A DNA stretch of 64,000 nucleotides, from positions 576,001 to 640,000 of the forward strand of contig CM000153.2 in the NCBI GenBank assembly GCA_000004695.1, in the 5' to 3' direction. The translations under genes and the position numbers were made by a program. The notes below the pieces were generated by a model that worked only from the letters and a program-made list of their open reading frames with translations, was not told the origin of the DNA and did no database searches. This DNA comes from Dictyostelium discoideum. Taxonomy: Eukaryota. Positions 47,300 to 61,843 of this stretch are shown one piece after another (position 1 is the first letter of the stretch; every line of letters begins with the position of its first letter).

Positions 47300-47762
47300 C
47301 CTTTCCAAATAAAATTTTAATAATAATAATAAAAAATTTAATTAAGTGATTAAATTAATCAATAAATTTTTGGTAAAAAAAAAAAAAAAAAACACTTTTA
47401 TTTTTTATTTTATTTTATTTTTTTTTTTTTGTATTTTTTTTCAAATAAAAAACTTATTTGGTCTGAAACTTTAGTGGTGCATTAAGAAAAAAAAAAAAAA
47501 AAAAAAAAACTTTTTTTTTTTTTTTTTTTTGTTTTGTTTTTTTTTTTTTTTTAAAATTAAAAAAATAATAATAAAAAAAAAAACAAAAACAAAAAACAAA
47601 ACTATTTATTTTACCTATATATAAATAAAGCAAAGAACGATCGTAAATAATTCGCAGTTTTTGAAATAATTCAAGAGTATTACCACCATCAATTATTATA
47701 ATTGTTTTATTTTTATTATCATCAGTTTTTATTGGTTTTTTTTTTTTTTTTTACAATTATTA

Positions 47763-47769
47763 TTATTAT

Positions 47770-47863
<94 letters not shown>

Positions 47864-47870
47864 TTTATAT
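47763..47870. repeat. (AAT)n microsatellite (~36 units), intergenic
   Basis: Direct reading. Source of the spurious poly-Ile ORF 47702..47899. Confidence 0.9.
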
Positions 47871-48018
47871 TATTGTTGTTTCATTATTTATTTTTATAAT
47901 TATATTATTTATTTTTATAAATATTATTATATTGTTATCACTATTATTAGTATAATCAATATTATAATAATTTTATTATTTATTAATCACACATATCCAC
48001 ATATATCCGTCGTTTTAT

Positions 48019-48064
<46 letters not shown>

Positions 48065-48686
48065 TTTTTTTTTAATTTTTAATTTTTTTTTTTTTTTCAA
48101 TTTTTTTTTCCTTTCAATTTTTTTTTAATTTTTTTTTTTTTTTTTTAAGTGGCACAATAAAAAAACAAAAAAAAAAAATTTAATTAAATTATAATAGTAA
48201 CACTAAATATCAATAACATCACCAAAAAAAAAATTAATAATAAAAATAATAAAAATAATAAAATATATTAATATACTCTCACACACACACAAAACACACA
48301 CAAAACACACAAAAAAAAACACATTTTTTTATTTTTTTTTATTTTATTTATATTTTTTTTTGTATTTAATTTTTTTTATTTTTGTATTTTTTTATTTTTT
48401 CTCTTTCAATATTTTATATTATTAACAAAAAAAAAAAAAAAAATTAATAAAATAATAAAAAAATAAAAATAAAAAAAAAAAAAGAGATTTACATAGTATC
48501 ACATTAAATTTTCATCTCATTATATTAATAATATATATATATATATAAATATATTTTTTTTTTTTAAAATTTTTTTTTTTTATATTCTTTATTTTTTCCT
48601 TTTTTTTTTTTAATTATATTATTTTTTATAACCCACCCCCTAACATATAACAAGTTTTTTTAATAATTTTTTCTTTAAAAAATTAG

Positions 48687-49995
48687 ATTATTGGACTGGA
48701 TCCTCAACAGAACCACCCTTCTTTAAAAATCCCACCTCCGCCATCTCCTACATCACCGTACGTTAGAAGACACGCGAGACAACATTCAAGGTCTAATTCT
48801 TCAAATAGTCCAGGTGAATTAACAGGTGGAGTTGAAATAATACAACAACAAAATAGTATAAATACACAAACATCACCACCAACTTCAACATCCCCAAATA
48901 CAGTACCACCACCACCACCAACTAATACAACAACATCATCGACGACAATAACAAGAAATAGTAATAATATAAATAATAGTAACGGCGGAATTATAAATAG
49001 TAGTAGTGGAAGTAATATAAATAATAGTAGTAGCAGTGGGGTAATTAACACAAATATAAATAATAGTGGTGGAAACATTTCACCAACTAGTAATTCATTA
49101 CCTTCATCAAATAATAATATACTTTATACTAGTAGTGGTAGTAATAGTGGAAATAATAACAACAACAATAATACAATAAATATAAGTAGTGGTAGTAGTG
49201 GAATTAATAATAGTAGTAATAGTAATATAAACAACAATAATAATAATAATAGTAGTAGTAGTAGTGGTATTCACGCTTCAGGTAGTTTAACAGCAATACC
49301 AACAAACACCAATAGTAATAGTAGTATATTTCACTCAAGCAACAGTGTAAATAGAATAAATAAATCAAATTATAGTGCCGACAGTTTAGTATTACCACCA
49401 AATCGTATTTCTCAAGTACCTCAATCACAAACACAACCTCAATTACAAATTTCCCCATCAACATCTTTTTCATCACAACAGCAACAACAGCAACAATTGC
49501 AACAACAATTACAATTACAACAACAATTACAACAACAAATACAGCAACAACAACAAATACAGCAACAACAAAATTTACATTTTACCTACTCTAAAACATT
49601 TACGAGTGGACAACCAAATACATTAGTAAATTTATCATCACCACCACCTCAATCCAAGCACCTTCATGTTTCATCGGATCATTCATTTTTCAACGAAGTC
49701 CTTACACCTACTCCAGTAATTCATAATAGTACAAATCAAAATAATCAATTACTTTTTGGCGACAGCGATCCACTTTCATTTTTAGAATATAATAATTTTA
49801 TCAATAGGTATCAACCAGCTTTAAAAAATAATCAACCAGTTTCATCATATAGACAACAACAGCAAATACAACATCAAATTCAATTACAACAAATACAACA
49901 ACAACAACAACAACAACAACAAATCCAACAACAACAACTACAACAACAACAACAAATTCAACAACAACAAATTCAACAACAACAACAACAAATTC

Positions 49996-50042
<47 letters not shown>

Positions 50043-50849
50043 CTACAACAAATTCAACCACCACCAACTATTCAACCACCACCACAACAAACAACACCAA
50101 CATTACGTGGAAATAGAAGTAGTGGTAATCTTTCTGGTTTAAATAGTTTTTCATTAAAGCAATCAACAGATTCATTAACACCACCACCAAATTCACAACA
50201 ATCAACTGTATCATCAAATTCAACACCAATTGCAGCCACACCAATCTCACCACTAACTGCACCAACATCACCACCCCCACCACCACCTCCACCAACAAAT
50301 TTTAATAGTAAATTTAATAATAATAATAATAATAATATAAATAATTCATCAAATAACAACACAACTGTACCACCATCACCACCACCAATAATTGTATTGC
50401 CAAAATCACCATCTTCAAGATCACCAAGACCAGCAAGTGCACCAGTTCCAAGTGCACCATTTTTAGTAAATAATCGAGTAATAAATACATCATCGAGTAG
50501 TAATATTAGTACAAATAATACAGATTTAAATTTATCATCATCGTCTTCATCATCACCCCCATTAAATATTTCGACTGCTTCACCATCAAAATCTGAAGAT
50601 TCCCCACCAACAGTATCCCCTTCATATAAGCAGCAGCAACAACAACAACAACAGCAACAACAACAACAACAACAATTAAATAATTCATCAAATTCTTCAT
50701 ATTCACCAAAACCAAGATCACCATCTGTATCATCACCACCACCTTCATCAATTTCACCAAATTCATCTCCTATTGGTTCACCAAATATATCATTTCATCA
50801 TCACCAACAACATCAAATCCCACCACCACCTCCTGTATTATCAAACACC

Positions 50850-50909
<60 letters not shown>

Positions 50910-52366
50910 AACAACAATAATAATAACAATAACAACAACAACAACAACACCAACCATACCAACAAAAAAGAAGGAGATTCTAGTTGGTTTAATATGAGCT
51001 TTAAATTCTTTAAAAAGAAATTGGTCCCATCCAATGAATATAGATGGGATTTAAGAAAATCAAATTCACTTACATTAAATATTGAAGATAAAAGTAGATG
51101 TTCTTACAGACTACCAACATCTGGTTCAAAAGGTGTAAGTATTTTTCTTTTTTTAAAATTTTATTTTCTTTTTTTATAAAAATAATATTAATTTTTATTT
51201 TATTTTAAAAAAAAGATTGCAAAATCAACACAACCATTTTCAAGTTCTTTTACTTATTTTGAATTATTCATTACAAATGGTAATGGAGAGTAAGTTTTTT
51301 TCTATTTTTTTTTTTTAAAATTTTAATAGATTTACTAATTTTTATTATTAAAAAAGTAAAATATGTTTTGGTTTAACAACAAATGATCATCCAATTGAAG
51401 TATATCCAGGTAATTATCAAGGATCATATGGATATAGTGGAGATGGTAAATGTTATTTTGGAACCAATGAAGGTAGAGTTTATGGACCAAGTTTTAGCAG
51501 CGGAGACGTTGTAGGATGTGGTTATGATTCAAGTTCAAAAACATTATATTTTACAAAGAATGGTGTATATTTAGGAGTTGCAGCACAAAAAGTGAATCTA
51601 ATTGGATTGTATCCAACCGTTGGTTTACAAAATCCCGGTGAATCAGTGGTAATCAATTTCTTTGGACCATTCTCTTATCGTGGTGCACCCGAAAAACCAA
51701 GTAAACAAAGTACCATCAAAGATAGTGGTGGTAGTTCAATTATACCATCAGAGGATTTAATACCGAAGGAAGAGTTTGAAGTATGTCGTTGGAGCGAAAA
51801 GAAAAACTATCATGGTAAGCATGTAGTGGTTCGAAATAGAACAGCATTCTTACCTTTGGACTCACCAAAGGATACAATCGGTGGAGTTCGTGCCACTCAA
51901 CCATTTGGAGAGGGATTTTGTTATTTCGAAGTAATCATCGATCAATTAGACAAAGGTCAACTTTCAATTGGTTTAGCAAATCTTGAATATCCAACATTTT
52001 ATCATGTTGGATGGATGCCAAGATCCTATGGTTATCACAATGACGATGGTAGAAAATTTAGATGGAGAGAAGAACCTGGCGTTAACGAAGGTGAGTCTTA
52101 TGGTTCCTCCTATAAAAAAGGTGATATTATTGGTTGTGGTCTATCTTTTACGAGTAGAGAAATTTTTTTCACAAAAAATGGTATGTACTTGGGTACTGCC
52201 TTTTCAAATGTATATGGTGTTTTCTATCCATCTGTAGCTTTTAATGAGCCTGGAATCTCTATAACAGGAGTTTTTGGACCTCCATTTAAATTCTCTCAAG
52301 TTACTTTAATGCTTAAAAATGTAAATTCAACTTCAATTTTAGTACCTAATGGTAATAATAATAATA

Positions 52367-52402
<36 letters not shown>

Positions 52403-52485
52403 TAATAGGTAATGGTAAAATAACCACTACCACAACAACATCAACATCACCTTCATCAATAAATAATAATGAAGATATTTCATCA

Positions 52486-52576
<91 letters not shown>

Positions 52577-54736
52577 GTAATAGTAGTAATACTAATAATA
52601 ACAATATTAATAATACTACTAATAATAATAATAGTAATAGTAATAATAATAATAATAATAATAATAGTAACAGCAATAGCAACAGCAATAATAATAATAT
52701 TAATAACAACAATAATAATAATAATAATAACAATAATATATATTTAACAAAAAAACCATCAATAGGGTCGACAGATGAATCATCAACAGGTAGTTTAGGT
52801 GGTAATAATAGCAGCGGCAATAATAATAGTAGTAGTGGTAGTATAGGTAATAATAGTAGTATAATTAAACAAAGATCACCTCCTCACTCTATAAATGGAC
52901 CATTAATGTTACCTCCATCTTCAACCAATAATAATAATAATATTTATTCTTCATATAATTCAACAACAGCAGGCTCATCGACAACTATCCTGCCAACATT
53001 AAATCATCCAATATTTGGTAACACCACTTCAAACAACAACTCATCATCAACTCTTTCAGTAGGTGGTAATAATAATCTATTAGGTAGACATTGTCAATCA
53101 TTACCAATTACAGCTTCAACCAATCATACTTTATCATCATCATTGGGTGTATCATTTTCATCACCATCAAGTTCACCAAAAACATCACCACGTAAAATTG
53201 TCAATAGTAGTGAAGATTTAGGTTTTGTTCAAACATTCCAAGATCAAGATGGTCAACCACCATCAGCTTGGAGACGTTGTGGTAAATCAATAAAGACCAA
53301 AGATGATATCACTCTCACCATCATAAAGAAAAAGACATCGGTTGCAATGGCCGATCGTCCATTCTCATCCAATTCAAGCTCAACCATTTGTTACTTTGAA
53401 GTTTATTTAGAGGGTCATGATAAAAAAGGTTCAATCACTGTGGGTTTAAGTCATTCAACATATCCATTTATTAAACATATTGGACGTGAACCAAAATCCT
53501 ACGGTTTCTCAAGTGAAGGAGAAAAGTATGGTGGAAGTGAAATTGGTGAACCTTATGGTCCTTTCTTTTTCTTTGATGGTGATTCAATCGCAAGTAGTTG
53601 TGTAATTGGTTGTGGTATCAATACCTCCACCAGAGACATATTCTTTACAAAGAATGGTCACTATTTAGGCGTTGCTTTCTCTAGAGTTACCTCTGATCCA
53701 CTCTATCCTTCCATCTCATTCAGAGGTGTTGTGGGTGGACTTTGTGTTGCAACTTTCCCAGGTGGTCATTTCAGATTCAATATCGAAGATTTACCTGGTA
53801 TTTCTCCATCAGTTTGGACTGAAGCCTTGGGACCAGATCGTCAAGGTTCAGGTTTCAAAAATTGGGCACCAAACGACGTTGCAATTTGGTTGGAATCTTT
53901 CAACTATGGTCAATATAGAAAGAATTTCCGTGATAACAATATCTCTGGTCGTCATTTAGAAGGAATCACTCATGCAATGTTAAAGAATGATTTAGGTATT
54001 GAACCCTATGGACATCGTGAGGATATTATCAATCGTCTCAATAGAATGATTCAAATTTGGAATGACAAGAGTCCAGATTCTTATCCAAAGATTGCTATCG
54101 ATAGTAGTGATAAGATTAGATGGCCAGCCAGTGGCGGCAGTAGTGGTGGAATCAATATTAGCGGAGGAGTTGTCATTGGTAGTAGTAGTGGTAGTGATGA
54201 TGGTATTACAGAGATCTCAAGCTCATCAAAGAATATAAGACCCTACAAAAGTTATACACAAAAGGAAATTGAAGATAGAAATCGCAGAAGTACAATTAGT
54301 GGAGGTGAAAAGAAAAATAAATATTATATCGATAACCAAATGGATCCACATCAAATTGGTTCAATGGATTCCGATGGTTTACTTCCAGATTTTGGTCAAG
54401 GTCCACCCGATGAAAAGAATTCTTCAAAAACCTTATCCAATGAACAAATTAGATATCTACAACAAAGAAAAGACGAGCCACCTATTGCTATCAGTAGTAC
54501 CGGAAATGGTGGTAGTGTAAGTAGTACTGGTGGTAGTAGTGGTTTCTTAACTTTTCCTTCTTCAAATTCTTTAACTCATCCACCTCAAAGAGATAAACCA
54601 ACTCAAGAATTCACTCATTTACCTCCAATCACTTCAAATTATAAAGGTATAACTAATACAGGTCAACCACATAAATCATTTGATCAACCATTAGAATTAT
54701 TTCCAAGACATTCAGCATTTTCTAATAATGGTAATA

Positions 54737-54772
<36 letters not shown>

Positions 54773-55896
54773 TTAAAGCAAATCAACAACAACAACAACA
54801 ATCATCATATCAACAATCTCAAACACAACAACAACAACAACATATTACATCAACATCAACATCAACAACTAATAAATGGATTGACCCATTTGGTGGTTGG
54901 GAAACTCAATCATCATTATCACATCCACCATCACGTCCACCACCACCTCCACCACCACCACCACAACTACCAGTTAGATCAGAATACGAGATTGATTTCA
55001 ATGAATTAGAATTTGGTCAAACCATTGGTAAAGGTTTCTTTGGTGAAGTAAAGAGAGGTTATTGGAGAGAGACTGATGTTGCCATAAAAATCATCTATCG
55101 TGATCAATTCAAAACCAAATCATCATTGGTTATGTTTCAAAATGAAGTTGGAATACTAAGTAAATTAAGACATCCAAATGTAGTTCAATTTTTGGGTGCA
55201 TGTACTGCAGGAGGTGAAGATCATCATTGTATAGTAACAGAATGGATGGGTGGAGGTAGTTTAAGACAGTTCTTGACTGATCATTTCAATTTACTCGAAC
55301 AAAATCCACATATTCGTTTGAAGTTGGCTTTGGATATTGCAAAAGGAATGAATTATCTACATGGTTGGACTCCACCCATTCTTCATCGTGATTTATCCTC
55401 AAGAAACATTTTATTGGATCACAACATCGATCCAAAGAATCCTGTAGTTTCCTCAAGACAAGATATTAAATGTAAGATCTCTGATTTTGGTCTAAGTAGA
55501 TTAAAGATGGAACAAGCCTCTCAAATGACTCAATCGGTTGGTTGTATTCCCTACATGGCACCAGAGGTTTTCAAAGGCGATAGTAATAGTGAAAAGAGTG
55601 ATGTTTACTCCTATGGCATGGTTTTGTTTGAACTATTAACCTCTGATGAACCTCAACAAGATATGAAACCAATGAAAATGGCTCACTTGGCTGCTTATGA
55701 ATCTTATCGTCCTCCAATTCCATTAACTACCTCTTCCAAGTGGAAAGAAATTCTAACTCAATGTTGGGATTCTAATCCTGATAGTCGTCCAACCTTTAAA
55801 CAAATCATTGTTCATCTCAAAGAAATGGAAGATCAAGGTGTATCTTCTTTTGCATCTGTACCTGTTCAAACTATTGATACTGGTGTTTATGCTTAA
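48687..55896 (+). CDS. splA: SplA-like dual-specificity (TKL) protein kinase with three SPRY/B30.2 domains and a SAM domain (~2350 aa in the exons found); join(48687..51134,51216..51289,51357..55896). 5' exon with the start codon not identified
   Basis: Coding starts abruptly at an acceptor (AAAAAATTAG|ATT) with no in-frame ATG. Long Ser/Asn/Gln/Pro-rich N-terminal region. Introns at 51135..51215 and 51290..51356 (GTAAGT donors) lead into SPRY domains (~51216-51700, ~51780-52280, ~53330-53790). A SAM domain follows (WAPNDVAIWLESFNYGQYRKNFRDNNISGRHLEGITHAMLKNDLGI..., ~53860-54060). A C-terminal kinase domain closes the protein (GKGFFGEVKRG...HRDLSSRNILL...DFGLS...APEVF, ~54990-55860). Size and architecture match Dictyostelium SplA (~2410 aa). 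Confidence 0.6.
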
Positions 55897-56067
55897 TTTT
55901 TTTTTTATAATTAAAAAAAAAAAAAAACAAAACAAAAAAAAAAAATAATAATAAATATAATCACTTCAACTTGTAAACAATTTAAATTAATAATAATAAT
56001 TAATAAATAATGATAATTATTGATAAAAAAAAAAAAAATATTACTGTCGTATATTTAAATCGAACCT

Positions 56068-56098
<31 letters not shown>

Positions 56099-56259
56099 AC
56101 TACAAATGTAAATTAAAATAATCATAATATATATATATTCGAATAAAAAATTAAAAATAAAATTTTAAATCCAAATATTGGTTTTTAAAAAAAAAAAAAA
56201 AAAATATAACTTTATTTCTTTTTTAAAATTAAAAATAAATATTTTAAAGCCAAATATTA

Positions 56260-56290
<31 letters not shown>

Positions 56291-56297
56291 CATTTTT

Positions 56298-57662
56298 TTA
56301 TTCACTGAAATTAAAAATATCAGATAAATCGGAGGTAGAGTAGAATGATTCTTTTAAATCTTGAACAAATGAAGGGTTGAGAAATTTTTTTTTTTTTGTT
56401 GATTCAATTCTATATTGTAGACAAAAATGAGAATTACCTCCTTGGTCATAGTACGAAAATAATTTATCAGCATTTGATAGTAGTATATTAAATGGTAAGA
56501 TACTTGAATCTGAAATTATTATTTTACTAAATTGATAATATTTTTGAAGAATTGATTCAATTATTAATTGTAAATTGAAAAAATTATGAGAAATATCCAA
56601 TTTTGATAATGAGTTATGATTTTTTAAAATTAAATTTGAGAATAAATTATCTTTATCTTCAATTGAACAACCTCTGATTGATAATTGTTTTAATGATTGA
56701 TTATTTTGACAATATGAAATGAAATTTGGCCAATTACCATCTAGACCAATTACATCGACAAGTTTTAATTTTTTAATTTTTTCAGTTGAAAGATAATCAA
56801 ATATTGAATATTCATTTGGTAATGCAAAACCATATAAACAAAATTTGGAAATATTTGAAAATGGTGAACTTAATATTGATGGAATTGACTGATTCATGAA
56901 AATTTTATAATTTGGTTTTAAGTATGAATGCCATCTGTGTGCGAAATAAAGTTCTCTTAATGATAGGGTTTTTAAAATTGGATTGGATGAAGCCAATTCT
57001 TGGAATTCTTCAATTGAATTTTTAATTTCTAATTCTACTGCTTCAATTTCATCTTCATCATCACCATCCAACCAATTACTAGGAAGATAGAAAATAGTTG
57101 AAAGTGGAATATCAATTGATTCTAAATATGGCTTTTTAAATAAATTTTTTACATTATTGATTGACAATGGATCGCAACTTATTAATTTGATTTTTTTTAA
57201 TTTATCAAAAATTGACTTTGAAAACATAATTTCCTCAGTGTATAACCTTGGTGTTGAAGCTTTTGATTTAATTTTTAATAGTAGGTGGTCATTTGTTTTT
57301 GGTAAATTGTTAAGTTTAGAATAATTTTCTGGTTTACAATCTATTTGTATAATTTCCAATAATTTAAAACAATCTTTATTATTATTATTACTATTATGGT
57401 TGGAATCAAAAAATTGATTTTCTAAATGTTTTACAAATTCATTTTTAATTTTAATTTCTGTAATTTGACTTTTGATTTCATTTTTTGAATCCTTTTTAAA
57501 TTGTTCAAATGATTTAATATCTTTAAAACTTAAAATTTCAATTTGTTTAATAATAAATGTTTGAATTGATTTTGATAAAAAAAAGAATTTTAAAATATTT
57601 TTATTTTTATATCTAATTAAATGTAAAATAATTTTTTTTATTACAATTAATGGTAAATCATT

Positions 57663-57665
<3 letters not shown>
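56298..57665 (-). CDS. F-box-like/leucine-rich-repeat-like hypothetical protein (455 aa)
   Basis: ATG at 57665. The N-terminal LPLIVIKKIILHLIRY is F-box-like. The remainder is Leu/Ile/Asn-rich with repeated L..L.L.. patterns, as in the expanded Dictyostelium FNIP/F-box-LRR-like families. Confidence 0.5.
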
Positions 57666-57696
<31 letters not shown>

Positions 57697-57897
57697 TTTG
57701 AAAAATAATAAGAGTGAAAAAAAAAAAAAAAATTGGAAAAAAAAAAAAAAAAATTTCTTGATATTTTCTGATTTTTCTTTTTAAAAAAAAAAATTAAAAT
57801 TGATTTTGATACAAAAGATATTTATTAATTTTAAAATTATACATTTTTTGGTAAAAAGAAAAAAAAAAATTGTGTAATATTTATTTATTTATTTATT

Positions 57898-57939
<42 letters not shown>

Positions 57940-58022
57940 GATAAAATGATTTATTTTTATTTATTTGTATTAAAATGAGTTTAATTAAAAAAAAGATAAA
58001 AATCTCCATCCAAACAACCAGA

Positions 58023-58062
<40 letters not shown>

Positions 58063-58251
58063 GTTTTGAACACCATATGGAAATTTAATTAAAAAGGATT
58101 TTGAAAGATATTATCCAAAATCCATAGATATAGGGAAGATAGATAATTTTGAAAACCATTTTTTTAAAAATTTATATTTTTTTATTATTTTTAATTTTTT
58201 TTTTTTTTTTTTTTTTTACAATATTATTTAAATCTTTTTTAATAAATAATT

Positions 58252-59927
58252 TTAAATTGGTTCTTGTTTAAATTCATCTTCTTCTTCATCATCACTTGGA
58301 AGTTGTTTATGATATTTATTATCTTGTTTTGGTTGAACGATTCTATTGTGTTTGCCCATTTCAACAGCACCATGTTCTTTGCCAACACCTTCTTCTTCAT
58401 CGTCGCCACCAGCAGTATCTTCTGAGGTAGCAGCATTATTTAAAGCAACAACGGTTGCAACATCTTTTGGATAATCGATTGGTAAAATCCAGAAAGCACT
58501 ATCTTGGTAGTATTCTTTTGATTTAAGACCTTTAATTTTCTTAAGTTGTAATAAAATAACACCAACGAGTAAACCACCAACAATACCTAAACCAATTGAA
58601 ACCATAGTTGCAATGAGATTTGCAGAGGCTTGGCTATCACCTGCACGGAAAATTTGTTCAAATTCAACTTTGCTATACATATTTGGATTGTTAAGACCTT
58701 TGATTGCGGCAAAGATTGCAGCGATTGAGCCAAGGAAACCTGGAATACAATGAAGATTTAAAATACCACATGTATCTTGAATGTGGAGTTTACGTTGAAC
58801 TTTTGGTGTAATAAAGAGGTAACCACAAACTGAAATTGTACCAGCAATGAAACCCATAGCAATAGCACCACCTGGATTAATGTTCATGTGTGCAATACAA
58901 CCTTGAACGACACCACCAGCCAATGAACTGTTTTGAACATGAACCATATCGAGTTTATTACCTAAATGACTGAATAATCTAGAGACAATAAATGTTGCAA
59001 CGGTTGAACCAGTCAATGAAAGGAAAGTATTTGCAATGGCTCTGAATTGTGGTTCACCTAATGGGGCAATAGCTGCGTTAAATGATGGCCACATCATCCA
59101 AAGGAATAAAGTACCAGCCATAGCAAAATTATCACCACTATATGATGGAGCATTATCAGTGCATTCTTTGGATTTTCTATCGGTTAAAAACCATGCAACT
59201 GTTAAACCAAATACTGAACCAAACAAGTGAATGTACATACCACCACCAACATCAATAGCTTCTAAATTCATTTCACCAATGAAAACATTTAAAAAGAAAA
59301 ATATTGGTTCAATAATACCCATAATTAACATATGTAATGGTGTAACCCTACCAAGAATTGCACCATAACTAATCATAACTGAACCAGAGCAAAAGAAACC
59401 TTGTAATAATGAATCCATACTAAACTATAATTTTTAAAATAAAATAAAAAAATTATTGTTGTTAAAATAAAATTATAAAAATTTTAAAAATTTTAAAATT
59501 AAATAAATTAACTTACCTCCCAAGTACTTGGGAATTCACCATGCTTATTACTATGACTCCAAGCTTCAAAGAAACCATTAAGTAAAACTGACCATTGGGA
59601 AACCAATGCTGAAATAATAAAAGTATAACCTAAAGCTGAATAACCATATCTTCTTAAAAAGGTCATTAAAAAACCAAAACCAAAGAAAATCATAATATTA
59701 ATATCTCTAAAGTATCCATAGAAATTATTAACTCTTTCTTGAACTTCACCACCTTTAAATTCATCTGGATTCTCTGAACCTGTGTAATTCTTATTTGTAT
59801 CATATCCTGTTAATGCAGCAAAACATATTATCATAAATATTTGAAAAATAAATAATATAACTGTAAAAAAAATTGGTTCTTTTCTTTTGGTGGTTACCCA
59901 TTTATGGTCATCATCATTATGGGTCAT
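58252..59927 (-). CDS. Rh-type (Rhesus-like) ammonium transporter (527 aa); complement(join(58252..59424,59517..59927))
   Basis: Exon 1 is MTHNDDDHKW...[43 protein letters not shown]...STWE|GTAAGT. 92-bp intron, acceptor ATTATAG. Exon 2 is FSMDSLLQGFFCSGSVMISYGAILGRVTPLHMLIMGIIEP...DNFAMAGTLFLWMMWPSFNAAI...MVHVQNSSLAGGV...HDTCGILNLHCIPG. It is collinear with human RhAG ([20 protein letters not shown]...LISFGAVLGK...[20 protein letters not shown]...HDTCGVHNLHGLPG). Confidence 0.75.
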
Positions 59928-61740
59928 TTTTTAAAAATTTATTATTTAATTATTATTATTTTATTATTAATTTTTTTAATTTTTTATTTTTATTATTATT
60001 TGAGTATTATTTTTATTTTTATTTTATTTTTTTTTTTTTCTTTAAACAAGAATTAAAATCTATTAACAATGATCAATAATAATTTATTTTTACACACATT
60101 TTAAACGAGTTTTTTTTTTTTTTGTTTTTTTTTTTTTTTATTTAAAAAAAGAAAAGTAAAAAATTTACCAGTGTCTTCCTCAAAATAAATCATTTATTTT
60201 TATCCTGTTTCTTTTCAATTTTCTCATATAAAAAAATCAACAACAAAATGATGTTTTTTTTTTTGTTTTTTTTTTATTTTTTTTTTGTTTAATTGTCAAA
60301 AAACCTAAAACTGGGACAAACCAGAACAAAAAAAAAAAAGTTTAATTTCGAAAAAAAAAAAAAAAAATTAATAAAAATAAAAATATCTAAAAAAAAAAAA
60401 CTGATTTTTTAATTGTTTCTAAATTTATTAATGTCTTTTTAATTTAAAAATGACAAAAGTTTTTTTTAAACCAAATTTACAATTTAATTTAATGATATTC
60501 TGACATCAGCCACAAATAATAAACCTGGAACACCTACAACAGCATCTGCTACTATTGCCAAAGCAAAATTATTTTTTGATCGTAATTTATTTAAAAATTA
60601 AACACTTGATATACCACTTTTTTTGTTATTTCTGGGATATTTGAAATTGTTTGTAATAATTCTAAAATAACATTAATTTATTTGTGATAAAATTAAAATA
60701 AATGGAAAATATTGATTAGAAAAAATAAAAAAAAATAAAAAAAAAAATAATATTTTTAATTTATACATAGTTTAATAATTCGTCCTACTTTTTTCTCTTT
60801 ATATATAAAAATATTAATAATAATGATTATAATTTTAAAAAATATATGTATTTTTTTTTTTTTTTTTTTCAATTAAAATAAAAATAAAATTAATAAACAT
60901 ATTGTTTAAAAATTATTATTATTATTTTTTTATTTTTTTCAGTAGTTTGCAAAATTTCATTGTGCTTCCGAACGCATACAATTCATTTTGCGTTTTAATT
61001 CTAAAATATCAAAGTTACTATTTTTTTAAATTGTTTTTTTTTTTTTTTAAAATGAAAAATAAATTAAAAAATTATTATTCTTTTATTCATTTATTTTTTA
61101 TTAAAAAAAAAAAAAAATTTAAAATTAAAAGTAAAACAAAATCGAATGATTTATAGTTTTACACGTCTTTGTAATCTTAATTAATTATGACAAATAAAAA
61201 AAAAAAGAAATTTATTAAAAGGATTGGTTTAGGAGTGGGGTTTATTTTATGAAAAACTTAATTTCATTTTTAGTAAATCTGCTTTAAAGTTTTTATTTTT
61301 TTTATATTTTTTTTTTTTGTCGTGGCACGACATGGTTGTTTAAAATTAATTAAAACATGTTACTATTATATTTTTAATAATAATAATAAATAAAAATAAA
61401 AATAATAATAAAAACAATTTTATGGATTTTTAAAAAAATAAAACACTCTTTTGATAATAAAATTTGTTTTGTAAAAGTTTTAATTTATTTTATACAAGGA
61501 TGTCGTTTAAAACAACAATAAATCATTTAATTTTTTTTTTTTTTTTCCATTTTCCTTTTTTTTTTCTTTTAATAAAAAAAATAAAATAAAATAAAATTAA
61601 AAATAAAAAAAAAAAAAGTAAATAACTTTATAATTGGTGATGTTAAAGTGAGTGAGTGTTTAGGTGAATTGGTTTTAGAAGGGGGAGGTTATTAAATAAG
61701 TTTTTTTTTTTTTTTTTAGGATGAGATATGATAAAATTCT

Positions 61741-61808
<68 letters not shown>

Positions 61809-61843
61809 AATTATTATTATTATTATTATAAATTATTTATAAT

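Noticed and set aside
49497-51179. Supplied ORF start 'M' at 49497 (likewise 51592 and 2678)
   Set aside because: The codons are TTG/GTG alternative starts used by the ORF caller, not ATG. They lie inside longer open frames belonging to the multi-exon SplA-like and GNAT genes.
52296-52820. Antisense poly-Leu ORF, plus the poly-Ile and poly-Tyr ORFs at 47702..47899, 22308..22667, 6910..7424, 50068..51034 and 48704..49078
   Set aside because: Reverse-strand or off-frame translations of (AAT)n/(CAA)n coding repeats. They overlap well-supported genes on the other strand or frame.
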